IMG/VR virus record: IMGVR_UViG_3300005529_000389
Coordinates: 1 to 31,263 of that record
Length of the DNA stretch: 31,263 nucleotides
Origin: a virus
Taxonomy: Duplodnaviria; Caudoviricetes
Strand: one strand, 5' to 3'
Shown: one piece after another, positions 17,902 to 25,525 of the stretch
How positions within the stretch are numbered: the first letter of the stretch is position 1
Layout of the letters: each line of letters begins with the position of its first letter
Made by a program: the position numbers and the translations under genes
The notes under the pieces: generated by a model
Seen by the model: only the letters and a program-made list of their open reading frames with translations
What the model was told of the DNA's origin: nothing
Database searches by the model: none

Positions 17902-18446
17902 GCGTGGACGATGTATAAAATTCCGTTGGCGATGCCTCCGGTGCGCGCGTCGGGATTGATGCCGAGCGCCTTTGCCAGCGCGATCGAGCCTTCGCCGATT
18001 TGATCCGCCGGCCCGACGTCGCCGTAGATTGCGTGCGAGAATTTTTTGTTGCGCAGGTTGACGACGCTCACGTCGCAACCGAGCTGCGGTTTGCAGGGAT
18101 AACCGCGCGGCAGCACGATGTAGGGAATCTGCTCGCTGTCGACGTAGCGGCGCGGGTCCTCCTCGTTGAACTGGCGATACTCGAGCGCGGTCTGCGAGAC
18201 GTAAAAGCCCGGCGCCGGATCGCCCGCACGCTGCACATACGGCTCGCCCTCGTGGTCGCATGCGAGGCCCCACCATTGCCCCGGCTTGCCGGCGTTTGTG
18301 AGATCGTCGAGGCCGGAGACGTTGTCGGGATGATACGCGTGCGGCGAGCCATCGGCATCGATGCGCATGCCGGCGATGAAAATCGTCGCGCCGGTGCTGC
18401 GCTCCTGCCGGATCACCACGTCGCCGATCTGCGCGATGCCGATCAT
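17898..18446 (-). CDS. Glycoside hydrolase family 75 (chitosanase-like), putative endolysin
   Basis: MRIDADG, YVDSEQIPYIVLP, AIYGDVGPADQIGEGSIALAKALGI are GH75 signature segments; lies in the lysis cassette. Confidence 0.8.
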   Translation of the reverse strand: MIGIAQIGDVVIRQERSTGATIFIAGMRIDADGSPHAYHPDNVSGLDDLTNAGKPGQWWGLACDHEGEPYVQRAGDPAPGFYVSQTALEYRQFNEEDPRRYVDSEQIPYIVLPRGYPCKPQLGCDVSVVNLRNKKFSHAIYGDVGPADQIGEGSIALAKALGINPDARTGGIANGILYIVHA

Positions 18447-18649
18447 TTCCTTTTCCTCCGGTGCTTGTAGCGCACGCTCAATTTGTCCGCCGCTTCCTGC
18501 CACGTCTCGCCGTGGTAGGGCGTCTGCGTCGCACCGTCGATGTAGATGCAGCAGCGCTTGGGCGCGGCGGGATCGAGCTTCACGACGCGTGTTTTACACG
18601 GTTTGCCGGTGAGTTCCTGGGCGTGGCGTTTGGCGGCGTCCTGTCTCAT
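18443..18649 (-). CDS. Hypothetical protein
   Basis: 68 aa, ATGA-coupled on both sides. Confidence 0.6.
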   Translation of the reverse strand: MRQDAAKRHAQELTGKPCKTRVVKLDPAAPKRCCIYIDGATQTPYHGETWQEAADKLSVRYKHRRKRK

Positions 18650-18762
18650 TCCGTTCCGTGGTTGCTGAACTCGAAACGCCGGCGCGGTGTCGGGCGAAAA
18701 AACGGCGCGATGATCACCGCGGCGGAAGTAAAAATGGCAATGATGACGATGAAGATTTTCAT
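18646..18762 (-). CDS. Small single-TM protein
   Basis: MKIFIVIIAIFTSAAVIIAPFFRPTPRRRFEFSNHGTE; ATGA overlaps at both ends. Confidence 0.55.
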   Translation of the reverse strand: MKIFIVIIAIFTSAAVIIAPFFRPTPRRRFEFSNHGTE

Positions 18763-18929
18763 TTTACGAAATGCGGCAGCACCACGGTCTTGGCGTCGCG
18801 CAGCCGCGTGACATCCACGCTCGCGCCGAGCTCGCTGCCATCGGTCATCTTCCACGCGGCGCCGATCTTCACGTCGTAGCCGGCACAGCCGGCGAAGAGC
18901 AGCGCGCAGAGTGGAATAAGCCGGAGCAT
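18759..18929 (-). CDS. Small lipoprotein (o-spanin candidate), missed by ORF track
   Basis: Hand translation: MLRLIPLCALLFAGCAGYDVKIGAAWKMTDGSELGASVDVTRLRDAKTVVLPHFVK; lipobox-like FAGC. Confidence 0.65.
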   Translation of the reverse strand: MLRLIPLCALLFAGCAGYDVKIGAAWKMTDGSELGASVDVTRLRDAKTVVLPHFVK

Positions 18930-18956
18930 CGCGTCGGCGGTGTGTGGGCGGCTGCG

Positions 18957-19340
18957 CTACTGCGCGGCCGGTGGTGCGCTGCCGCCGAGTGAGGCGAGGA
19001 TCTGAGCGGCGCCGTCGAGAATCTTCACGGTTTGCGCGGAGTTCTGGCGTCCGGTCACGAGCGGGAGCACCACGCCGGCGACTTGCGGGAGCTGCGTTGT
19101 CGCCTGCAGGATGTTCGTCGGCACCGGCTCGGAGCCATACGCATTCGCGACGGCCGCGACGGCGTAAAGGTCGTCGGAAATCTTTTTGTTGCTGACAAAC
19201 GGCGCGGCGACTTGCGCGGCGGTCGCGATCGTTTTCTCCGCGGTCTGGATTTGCGATTGATGCTGCTGCATCCATGCGCAGCCGGTGACGGCGGAGACGG
19301 CGAGCAGAATGAGGGTGAGTGCGGCGTGTTTTGTTTTCAT
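18957..19340 (-). CDS. Lipoprotein in lysis cassette
   Basis: MKTKHAALTLILLAVSAVTG|C lipobox; start re-called at 19340. Confidence 0.7.
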   Translation of the reverse strand: MKTKHAALTLILLAVSAVTGCAWMQQHQSQIQTAEKTIATAAQVAAPFVSNKKISDDLYAVAAVANAYGSEPVPTNILQATTQLPQVAGVVLPLVTGRQNSAQTVKILDGAAQILASLGGSAPPAAQ

Positions 19341-19350
19341 GATTTTTGTT

Positions 19351-19536
19351 TTACGGCGTGTTGATTGCGTTTTTTGCGACTCCCGCGCGCAGCGCCGCTC
19401 CTCCCGCCGAGGCAAGGATGCCGTCGATCGCGATGTTGTGCGGCCAGAGGCCGATGCCGACCCCGCCGAAGTAAACAAACGCGATGGCCATCACGATGTA
19501 GGTTTTTTTGCCCTGGAGATAAGCGACGATGTTCAT
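19351..19536 (-). CDS. Holin-like two-TM protein
   Basis: MNIVAYLQGKKTYIVMAIAFVYFGGVGIG...GILASAGGAALRAGV; first gene of the late operon. Confidence 0.6.
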   Translation of the reverse strand: MNIVAYLQGKKTYIVMAIAFVYFGGVGIGLWPHNIAIDGILASAGGAALRAGVAKNAINTP

Positions 19537-19557
19537 GGTGAATCGGTTGAAAGCCGC

Positions 19558-19620
19558 ACCTTGCCGCGCCTCCGCAAAAGCATCCAGACCACCAACCACA
19601 CCAACCGTCACCGTCTACGG
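19558..19620 (-). promoter_or_regulatory. Putative activator-dependent late promoter (lysis/packaging operon)
   Basis: CACCAACCA-CACCAACCG-t-CACCGTCTA (19590-19617) plus minus-strand CAAGGT at 19563-19558, at the same offset as in the 10468-10529 copy. Confidence 0.7.
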
Positions 19621-19631
19621 TTTTTGATTTC

Positions 19632-19958
19632 TTAGCCGACGAGGGAGTGCAACACGCGCCGCAACGCCACACCGTAGCGGATCATCGCCTTGCCCTGGCT
19701 GATCGCGGCGTCGGACGCCTGCTGCATCACGCCGATTTCCTCGCGCTCGATCTGCGAGGTGAGCTTGAAGCCGCGCTGCCCGCGCACCACTTCCGCGCCG
19801 AGCTGCTCCGCGACCTTGCGCACGATCCGCTCGCTCCACCCTGTCTGCGCGCAGAGTTCCTTGCGTGTCAACCAGCCATGCTTCGCGAGCAATCCGCGAA
19901 AGAGCTCGAGCTGCGCCGGCTCCGTGCGGATGAAATCGAGATCGAGTTGATCGCTCAT
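19632..19958 (-). CDS. Winged-HTH protein, candidate late-gene activator
   Basis: GWLTRKELCAQTGWSERIVRKVAE HTH; last early gene before the late promoter (Mor/C position). Confidence 0.6.
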   Translation of the reverse strand: MSDQLDLDFIRTEPAQLELFRGLLAKHGWLTRKELCAQTGWSERIVRKVAEQLGAEVVRGQRGFKLTSQIEREEIGVMQQASDAAISQGKAMIRYGVALRRVLHSLVG

Positions 19959-20146
19959 GCGCGCGATCGCTTCCGCGCGAGATAGGCGCGTTGTTTGATC
20001 CGGTTGCGCTCCGCGCGGCACCAAGCGACGGCGCTCTCGATGCTTTGCGGCTTGACCCGGCGCGTGGCGGCGAGCCCGTCGTCGCTCACATCGAAAAAAC
20101 GCGCGAGCAGGCGCTTTGTATTCGGGCGCAGCTCGTCGTAGTTCAT
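19955..20146 (-). CDS. Hypothetical protein
   Basis: 63 aa, ATGA-coupled. Confidence 0.55.
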   Translation of the reverse strand: MNYDELRPNTKRLLARFFDVSDDGLAATRRVKPQSIESAVAWCRAERNRIKQRAYLARKRSRA

Positions 20147-20889
20147 GTCAACATCAACGGCGCGGCGCTCGCGCCATTGTTTAACGGCTGGTTGATGCGC
20201 GTCTCGCGGCCGCGATCGTAGCCGTGCATCAGCGCGGTTCTGTTCAGGCGTGGCGTCGGCAGAGATCGCTCCTCTTTGCTGCCTCCAAGACGTTCATGAA
20301 AGTAGCGTTCGCGCGCGGCTTCCTCCGCCACGACGATTGCCGTCTTCGCGTCATCGAGAACGATCTCTTCCGAAACGGTTTTGAGTTGCTGAATGATTCC
20401 GTAGATGAATCCCTCGATGAAATTTTCGCGCTTGCCGGTGCTCATTTTCCGACGCGCGTTGCGCTCGCTGATTTCAAAACCGCGCAACTCCCGTTTGCCG
20501 GTGCGCACAATGAAGTCGAAGGCGTAACGCGCAATCATGACATCGGTGGGGCGACCAATGAAAACAATGCGCGAAATGGACCATCCGACCTTCACGCGGA
20601 AGAATCCCTCCACCACATTCATTGCGCGGTAATGTAGGTAGCCCGCGCGTTTTTCAAAGCGGAACCATTCGTGCGCGAGCTTCTCGCTTTCCTCATCGAG
20701 ATCGAGGCTCTCGACGTCGATGCGATATTTTTGCGCGAGCCGGAATGCGCGCTCGAGCGCGAGCTCCGCTTCGTGCCGGTTCGACGATTTGCCGAGCCGC
20801 AAAAGCTTTTTGATTTTCTCCGCGATGTCCGCCGGCGCCTGTTCCGATGCCGGCTGCGCGTTGAAGTCGAACTCGGGTTGCGTGCTCAT
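20143..20889 (-). CDS. DUF2786-domain protein
   Basis: EKIKKLLRLGKSSNRHEAELALERAFRLAQKYRID is the DUF2786 signature; start re-called at 20889. Confidence 0.8.
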   Translation of the reverse strand: MSTQPEFDFNAQPASEQAPADIAEKIKKLLRLGKSSNRHEAELALERAFRLAQKYRIDVESLDLDEESEKLAHEWFRFEKRAGYLHYRAMNVVEGFFRVKVGWSISRIVFIGRPTDVMIARYAFDFIVRTGKRELRGFEISERNARRKMSTGKRENFIEGFIYGIIQQLKTVSEEIVLDDAKTAIVVAEEAARERYFHERLGGSKEERSLPTPRLNRTALMHGYDRGRETRINQPLNNGASAAPLMLT

Positions 20890-21488
20890 CACTCCACTCC
20901 ATGCAGCGCCTCTTCGTGGATCGCATCGAGCACGACGTCGTGCTCGCCGCTGAGTCCGCTCGGGTGCGTTTCCTCCGCCGGCTCGCGGAGATTGATGTCG
21001 ATAAACTCGTGCGGAGTCCGGACATTTCCGGTGTGTAACGGATCGCCGCAATGCGGACATTCGCAGATCGGATCGGCCTCTTCGCGTGACTCGTAAAAAT
21101 GCACATCGAAGTGATGTCCGTTGAAATTGGAATAACCGGTGAAGATCTCCGCGCCGCACGTGTGAAAATTGCGGAGCCGCACGCCGGTGTCGTCCACCGG
21201 CCTTGCCTCAGTGCTCGCGACGCGGCAGCGGAAATCGGGTTTGCTCGAGATGATCGGCTGCGCCGCTTCCATGACGTCGTTGCTCAGATCCTCGAATTTC
21301 GGATCCCACGGCAGCGGCTTGCCGCACCTGCAGCAATCTTCCTGGTGCGTTCCAGGGAATGGCTCGCCGATGGGCCGCCGGCGTCGGTATTGGACCTCAC
21401 AGCATTTCAGAACTTCAACGACGAGTTTCATGATATTGTTCGATCTGCTCCAGTTCGTGCCGGCGCGCTGATTCTTCACCGCAGTCAT
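20889..21488 (-). CDS. Cys-rich hypothetical protein carrying terminase-derived segments (alternative start 21431)
   Basis: CCRC and CECPHC motifs; internal EAAQPIISSKPDFRCRVAST matches TerL EAAEPIISSNPDFLCRIAST. Confidence 0.65.
   Translation of the reverse strand: MTAVKNQRAGTNWSRSNNIMKLVVEVLKCCEVQYRRRRPIGEPFPGTHQEDCCRCGKPLPWDPKFEDLSNDVMEAAQPIISSKPDFRCRVASTEARPVDDTGVRLRNFHTCGAEIFTGYSNFNGHHFDVHFYESREEADPICECPHCGDPLHTGNVRTPHEFIDINLREPAEETHPSGLSGEHDVVLDAIHEEALHGVE
21211..21270. repeat. 60-bp dispersed direct repeat, copy 2 (copy 1 at 15819-15878 in terL)
   Basis: Manual alignment: 55/60 identical, no gaps. Confidence 0.9.
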
Positions 21489-21672
21489 ACCCGCCCTCGA
21501 AAGCCTTCACATTCGCGCCGCCGATCCAGCGGTTTTGTGCATCGTAAAAGTCGAGCCAATCGCCATTACGTTTTGAACTTACTCCCGTTGGTTTTGTGGT
21601 TTCGCAGCCGGAAAGTGTGAGCCAGCTCACGCAGCCAACGGCGCAAAACGCGATTCGCATGGAAAGCTTCAT
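21415..21672 (-). CDS. Small early lipoprotein
   Basis: MKLSMRIAFCAVGCVSWLTLSG|C lipobox; ATGA overlap at 21669-21672. Confidence 0.6.
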   Translation of the reverse strand: MKLSMRIAFCAVGCVSWLTLSGCETTKPTGVSSKRNGDWLDFYDAQNRWIGGANVKAFEGGYDCGEESARRHELEQIEQYHETRR

Positions 21673-21821
21673 GTGTAAAACAAATGCTCCATTTTGGGGT
21701 TGAGCCGGATGAGTCTCAAAAGCCGCGCCTGCCGCGCCTCGATGCGATGAATTATTTCGCGCGCTTCCTTTTTCTCGCGCCACGTGGCCTGCGGCGGGAT
21801 TGCTGTGCGGCGGCGTTTCAT
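21669..21821 (-). CDS. Small basic hypothetical protein
   Basis: MKRRRTAIPPQATWREKK..., 50 aa, GGAGG plus ATGA coupling. Confidence 0.5.
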   Translation of the reverse strand: MKRRRTAIPPQATWREKKEAREIIHRIEARQARLLRLIRLNPKMEHLFYT

Positions 21822-22054
21822 GCGCCTCCCAATCCCGGCAGCGACGGGAGCTGCGCCTCGTTGCGCGCTTGCATCAGTTTTATCCGCGCCTGCAATTTGA
21901 GATCGGCGCGATCGCCCCAGATGACGCTCGTCATGTCCTCCGCGATTTGTTCCATGCGCGCCGCCGGCACGCCGATCGGCAGCGTGACGCTGATCTCGAT
22001 GCCCTCGATGCTGTCGGCAAAACGGACGGTGAAGCTGGCGACTTCGTTGCTCAT
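21818..22054 (-). CDS. Hypothetical protein
   Basis: MSNEVASFTVRFADS..., 78 aa, coupled. Confidence 0.6.
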   Translation of the reverse strand: MSNEVASFTVRFADSIEGIEISVTLPIGVPAARMEQIAEDMTSVIWGDRADLKLQARIKLMQARNEAQLPSLPGLGGA

Positions 22055-22293
22055 CCCGCGACTCCGGTTTCCGGCAAGGCGAGCCCGAGCGTTTCGCACG
22101 CACGCGCAAACGTCTCGGGATAGCCTTCGGTTTCGTAGAGCGCCTGGCGCGTTCCCGGCGGCAGCCGGAAATAATGCGCGCGGCAGAGTGATTGCCGGGC
22201 TTTCTTTGCGGACCCACAGACACAGGTTGTGCCGGCGAGATTTTTGTAAATGGCGTGGCGTTGCTCGTTGCTCATGTTTTCGGTTTCGTTCAA
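22051..22293 (-). CDS. Small Zn-binding-like protein
   Basis: CVCG...LCRAHYFRLP motif. Confidence 0.6.
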   Translation of the reverse strand: MNETENMSNEQRHAIYKNLAGTTCVCGSAKKARQSLCRAHYFRLPPGTRQALYETEGYPETFARACETLGLALPETGVAG

Positions 22294-22781
22294 AACGGTT
22301 CCTCCGCTGTTTGTTTAACGTTTCTTTTTGCGTGAATCTTGAGCGCGCGGAGCACGGTGATGAGCTGCGCGGGATTGAGCGACTCGAGTAGCGGCGTGTC
22401 GTCGCGGCGCAATGCCTGGCGCGCGATGCCCCGCGCGTAATCCTCGCTGAAATCGGCGGCATGGCAGACTTCCTTGATCGCGTGGATCACGCGACGCTCG
22501 CTGTCGTCAAAAGTCTTGAAGCGCCAGTAAAACCCGGTGTCGGCGAGTTCCTCGAAATGCGCCATCACCGGGATGAAATCGCGCTTGCGATCGCACATCG
22601 TCGTCGAGTCCTTCCCGACTGCTTTCATCAACTGCTCCCGGTGCCAGGCGTTAAAAAGTTCCGTGTAAACCGCGCGGTCTTTCTTCGGCCCCATCTCGAT
22701 TCCGTTCGCCTCGCAATGCTTCGTCCAGGCGACATGCTCGAGTTTCCGGAAATTGACTTGCTGCCGTTCTGAGAAGCTCAT
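22290..22781 (-). CDS. GemA/Mu gp16-like protein (DUF1018)
   Basis: GKDSTTMC...VMAHFEEL and LESLNPAQLITVLRALK resemble the two GemA helical motifs. Confidence 0.6.
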   Translation of the reverse strand: MSFSERQQVNFRKLEHVAWTKHCEANGIEMGPKKDRAVYTELFNAWHREQLMKAVGKDSTTMCDRKRDFIPVMAHFEELADTGFYWRFKTFDDSERRVIHAIKEVCHAADFSEDYARGIARQALRRDDTPLLESLNPAQLITVLRALKIHAKRNVKQTAEEPF

Positions 22782-22948
22782 TTTGTTTTCCTCGCGCGCA
22801 GCGCAATCAGCTCCTGCACCTGCGGGTTTTGAAATTGATCCTCCGTGAGCCGATCGCCGCGATGCGCGTGGATCGCATTTGCGAGCGACTCCGGCAGCCA
22901 GAGCGCCGTGTTATCCGGTCGCAAGGTGTAAACGAGCAGCTCGTTCAT
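22778..22948 (-). CDS. Hypothetical protein, missed by ORF track
   Basis: MNELLVYTLRPDNTALWLPESLANAIHAHRGDRLTEDQFQNPQVQELIALRARKTK; ATGA overlaps at both ends. Confidence 0.6.
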   Translation of the reverse strand: MNELLVYTLRPDNTALWLPESLANAIHAHRGDRLTEDQFQNPQVQELIALRARKTK

Positions 22949-23151
22949 GCGCGCCTCCGGTAGCTGGTGGCGTTGTCAAAATCCGTGTAGCTCGGGATCA
23001 GCGCATCGAGCGGCGCGACGATGTTGCCGATACGCGCCGCGGCCTCGGGATTGCTCTGCTTGAATTTTTCCTGCGCGAGACGCAGCGTGAGGAACGCCGT
23101 GCAAAGATGCCCGTGCGCGATGCGGATCTCCGAGAGCTCGGCGCGGTTCAT
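22945..23151 (-). CDS. Hypothetical protein
   Basis: 68 aa, coupled. Confidence 0.6.
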   Translation of the reverse strand: MNRAELSEIRIAHGHLCTAFLTLRLAQEKFKQSNPEAAARIGNIVAPLDALIPSYTDFDNATSYRRRA

Positions 23152-23531
23152 GGACGCAGCTCCTTTTTAAATTTGCCGAGCAACACGCGGCCGCGTTCGC
23201 GCAGCGCGTCGTCACCAGGCGACGGTTGTGGCGCCGGCGCGGACGGTTTCACCGGCTCGCAGATCGGGCGGCGTTTCAGCTTCGCGAGCGCGAGCCGCTC
23301 CTCGAAGGTATCGACGCCATTTTTGAAAAACGTGCTGAACTGCAGCGAGAGATTGGAAAAGCCGGAGCCGCGCGGGATCTGCCGCTTGATCCACATCACC
23401 ACGAGCTCGAGGTCCGCCTCCGTAAACCCGCGCGAGATGAAGTCGCTCCAAATCTGCATCCGCAACGCGGAGAGCGTGAGTTTTTCCACGCCCGTCAGCT
23501 CGCAGAATTTTTTGTGGATGGTTTCGATCAT
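23148..23531 (-). CDS. Hypothetical protein
   Basis: MIETIHKKFCELTG..., 127 aa; start re-called at the ATGA overlap. Confidence 0.6.
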   Translation of the reverse strand: MIETIHKKFCELTGVEKLTLSALRMQIWSDFISRGFTEADLELVVMWIKRQIPRGSGFSNLSLQFSTFFKNGVDTFEERLALAKLKRRPICEPVKPSAPAPQPSPGDDALRERGRVLLGKFKKELRP

Positions 23532-23740
23532 GCTTCGGTGCAGTGAAAAGCGGGCACCTTTTCCGTCATGCCACTGGATAATGGTCTCTCGTAAAAACTG
23601 GGAAGGATGCTGAATCGATTGTTTAACTCGGCGACAACCGCACGGTAATGCTCGTCGCGGGTCTTGCTCGGAGGCAGCGCAGCCAGGCGCGCCTTTTCCG
23701 CACGCAGCTCGGCTTGCGATTTCAGGCAGAGGTTTTTCAT
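23528..23740 (-). CDS. Hypothetical protein
   Basis: 70 aa, coupled. Confidence 0.5.
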   Translation of the reverse strand: MKNLCLKSQAELRAEKARLAALPPSKTRDEHYRAVVAELNNRFSILPSFYERPLSSGMTEKVPAFHCTEA

Positions 23741-23901
23741 GGCCGGTGCATTCCGTATGGCAGCGCGTTTCTGCGCCGGCGTTTCTCGCGCTCGTAGCGG
23801 CCGCGGGCAAACCAGCCGGAGAGCGAGAGCCCGCCCGCGAGCACCAGCACGAGCGTCATCTCAGGCCATGTTTCCGGTTTGAGATCGGCGAGGATGTTCA
23901 T
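23737..23901 (-). CDS. Small single-TM protein
   Basis: MNILADLKPETWPEMTLVLVLAGGLSLSGWFARGRYEREKRRRR... Confidence 0.55.
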   Translation of the reverse strand: MNILADLKPETWPEMTLVLVLAGGLSLSGWFARGRYEREKRRRRNALPYGMHRP

Positions 23902-24047
23902 CGCCGTCCTCCGAAAAAAACGCCCATGAACGCGAGGCCGATGATCCAGCCGGCGAAGATCAGCGTCCATTTCAGCCACTCCGGCAACGCGTCGAGAAAC
24001 GAGCTTTCAGACGCGGTGCGGTGTGCGAGTAATGCGAGTGCGCTCAT
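23898..24047 (-). CDS. Small single-TM protein, missed by ORF track
   Basis: MSALALLAHRTASESSFLDALPEWLKWTLIFAGWIIGLAFMGVFFGGRR; ATGA overlaps. Confidence 0.55.
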   Translation of the reverse strand: MSALALLAHRTASESSFLDALPEWLKWTLIFAGWIIGLAFMGVFFGGRR

Positions 24048-24442
24048 GCCGCCACCTCCGGAAAAAACGCGATGTGAAAATAGGAGAGGTCGATCCAGTC
24101 GATCTGGTCGACGAGCTTTCGCGGGACGACGCGGGCGCCGCGGATGAGGCGGGCGATCCGGTGCGCAGCGCGATATGAGGCGCGATCGTGAAACAGGATC
24201 GTCATGCAGTAATCGTCGTGCGTTCCGTTTTGATAATGCTCCACGCTCGCCGTCGTCACCTGCGCGATCGGCACCAGGCCGCGCGGGTGGAATCGCGACG
24301 GGAGAAATTCAAAACAGAATCCCTGGCACCAAAAAACATGCGGATCCTCGTAATTGATTTCCTCGCCGCAGGGTATGTTCATGAACGGCTCGCGCAGGTC
24401 ACGTTCGTGGTGCGGCGTGTAGGTGAGGAGTAAGGCGCTCAT
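24044..24442 (-). CDS. Hypothetical protein
   Basis: 132 aa, coupled to gam. Confidence 0.6.
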   Translation of the reverse strand: MSALLLTYTPHHERDLREPFMNIPCGEEINYEDPHVFWCQGFCFEFLPSRFHPRGLVPIAQVTTASVEHYQNGTHDDYCMTILFHDRASYRAAHRIARLIRGARVVPRKLVDQIDWIDLSYFHIAFFPEVAA

Positions 24443-24996
24443 GCCATCACCTCGTGTTTGTCACCTGTTAACAGCGCCTCGGCCTGGCCTTCGCGATCGG
24501 GATCGAGAAAGAAGGTTTCCGATTGCACGATCTGCACGCCAAAGCGGGCGAGCAGCCGCGGGTGGAAGCGCGCCTTGATCATCGCTTCCTTGTCGGCCTC
24601 GATTTTCACGCGCAGGAACAAACGGCGAACGCTCTTGCGCATATCGCGCAGCCGCGCGACGACGTCGGCCCAAGTGCGGCCTTTCATCGGTTTCGCGGCG
24701 TGATTGCCTAACCGCCAGCCGATGGTGTGACCGTCAAACTTGAGTGATTGCGCCTTTCCAAATTCCTTCTCCCGGTGGACCTCGCTCCACTGCTCGAGCA
24801 GGGCGAGGTTTTTCTCGATCTCCACCGTGATAGTGTTGATGCCGGCGTTGGCGCGTTCCTGCACGCGCTTAACCACGCGATCGCGCCGGACGATTTTCGC
24901 TTCCAGGTCGAGTTGCAGCTTCACGGTCTCGCGCACCAGCCGCTCGACTTCGGCGCGGGTCTTGATCGCGCTGGTGGTCACTTTTACGCGCTTCAT
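24439..24996 (-). CDS. gam: Host-nuclease inhibitor Gam (Mu-type)
   Basis: N-terminal coiled coil, EFGKAQSLKFDGHTIGWRLG, LRVKIEADKEAM, GVQIVQSETFF. Confidence 0.85.
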   Translation of the reverse strand: MKRVKVTTSAIKTRAEVERLVRETVKLQLDLEAKIVRRDRVVKRVQERANAGINTITVEIEKNLALLEQWSEVHREKEFGKAQSLKFDGHTIGWRLGNHAAKPMKGRTWADVVARLRDMRKSVRRLFLRVKIEADKEAMIKARFHPRLLARFGVQIVQSETFFLDPDREGQAEALLTGDKHEVMA

Positions 24997-25223
24997 TTAA
25001 GCGCTCCTTTCCGTGCTTCGCGGGCGAAGTGGCGATATGCCAGCTCCGCAAATTCCCGCGCCGAGCTCTCCATGATGGAGCGCGTGGTGATCCGCTTTTT
25101 TAGTTTGCCGTGGCGAATGAGCGCCTGCCAGTAACGCGAGCCGCGGCGCTTGAAAATCTTGATGGTGAGCACGCTCGCCTTGCGTTTGCCCCCCCCCCGA
25201 TTTTTCGTGGTGATTGCGCTCAT
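24993..25223 (-). CDS. Small basic protein resembling an arm-type DNA-binding domain
   Basis: IFKRRGSRYWQALIRHGKLKKRITTRS...AREFAE; contains a G10 run. Confidence 0.55.
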   Translation of the reverse strand: MSAITTKNRGGGKRKASVLTIKIFKRRGSRYWQALIRHGKLKKRITTRSIMESSAREFAELAYRHFAREARKGALK

Positions 25224-25525
25224 CGTGCGACCTCGCTTTCCGTGCGGTCCATGATTTCGTGAATGCCGGCCGTGACGCCGGCGGCGAATGGATCCTCGTC
25301 GTGCGCCAGCGAATGCAGGCGTGGGCCGATGCTTTCGGCGAGCATGCCTTCCGTCACCTCGACGGCCTGGTTCACGTCGGCGCGGTCCTGCTCGCTCAGC
25401 TCGATGCCCTCGATCCGGCGGTCAATGTCCTCGAGCCGCTCAAAACAAAGCGCGATCAGGCGGACTGTGCGCGTGCGCTCGGTGATGAGCGCGAGGCATT
25501 TTTCGCGATTGGTTTCCGTGTTCAT
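25220..25525 (-). CDS. Hypothetical protein
   Basis: 101 aa acidic helical protein, coupled. Confidence 0.6.
   Translation of the reverse strand: MNTETNREKCLALITERTRTVRLIALCFERLEDIDRRIEGIELSEQDRADVNQAVEVTEGMLAESIGPRLHSLAHDEDPFAAGVTAGIHEIMDRTESEVAR

Noticed and set aside
15819-21270. Diversity-generating retroelement (TR/VR pair) explanation for the 60-bp repeat
   Set aside because: The five mismatches are not confined to adenines in either copy or strand, the target is a conserved ATPase core, and no reverse transcriptase is in the window.
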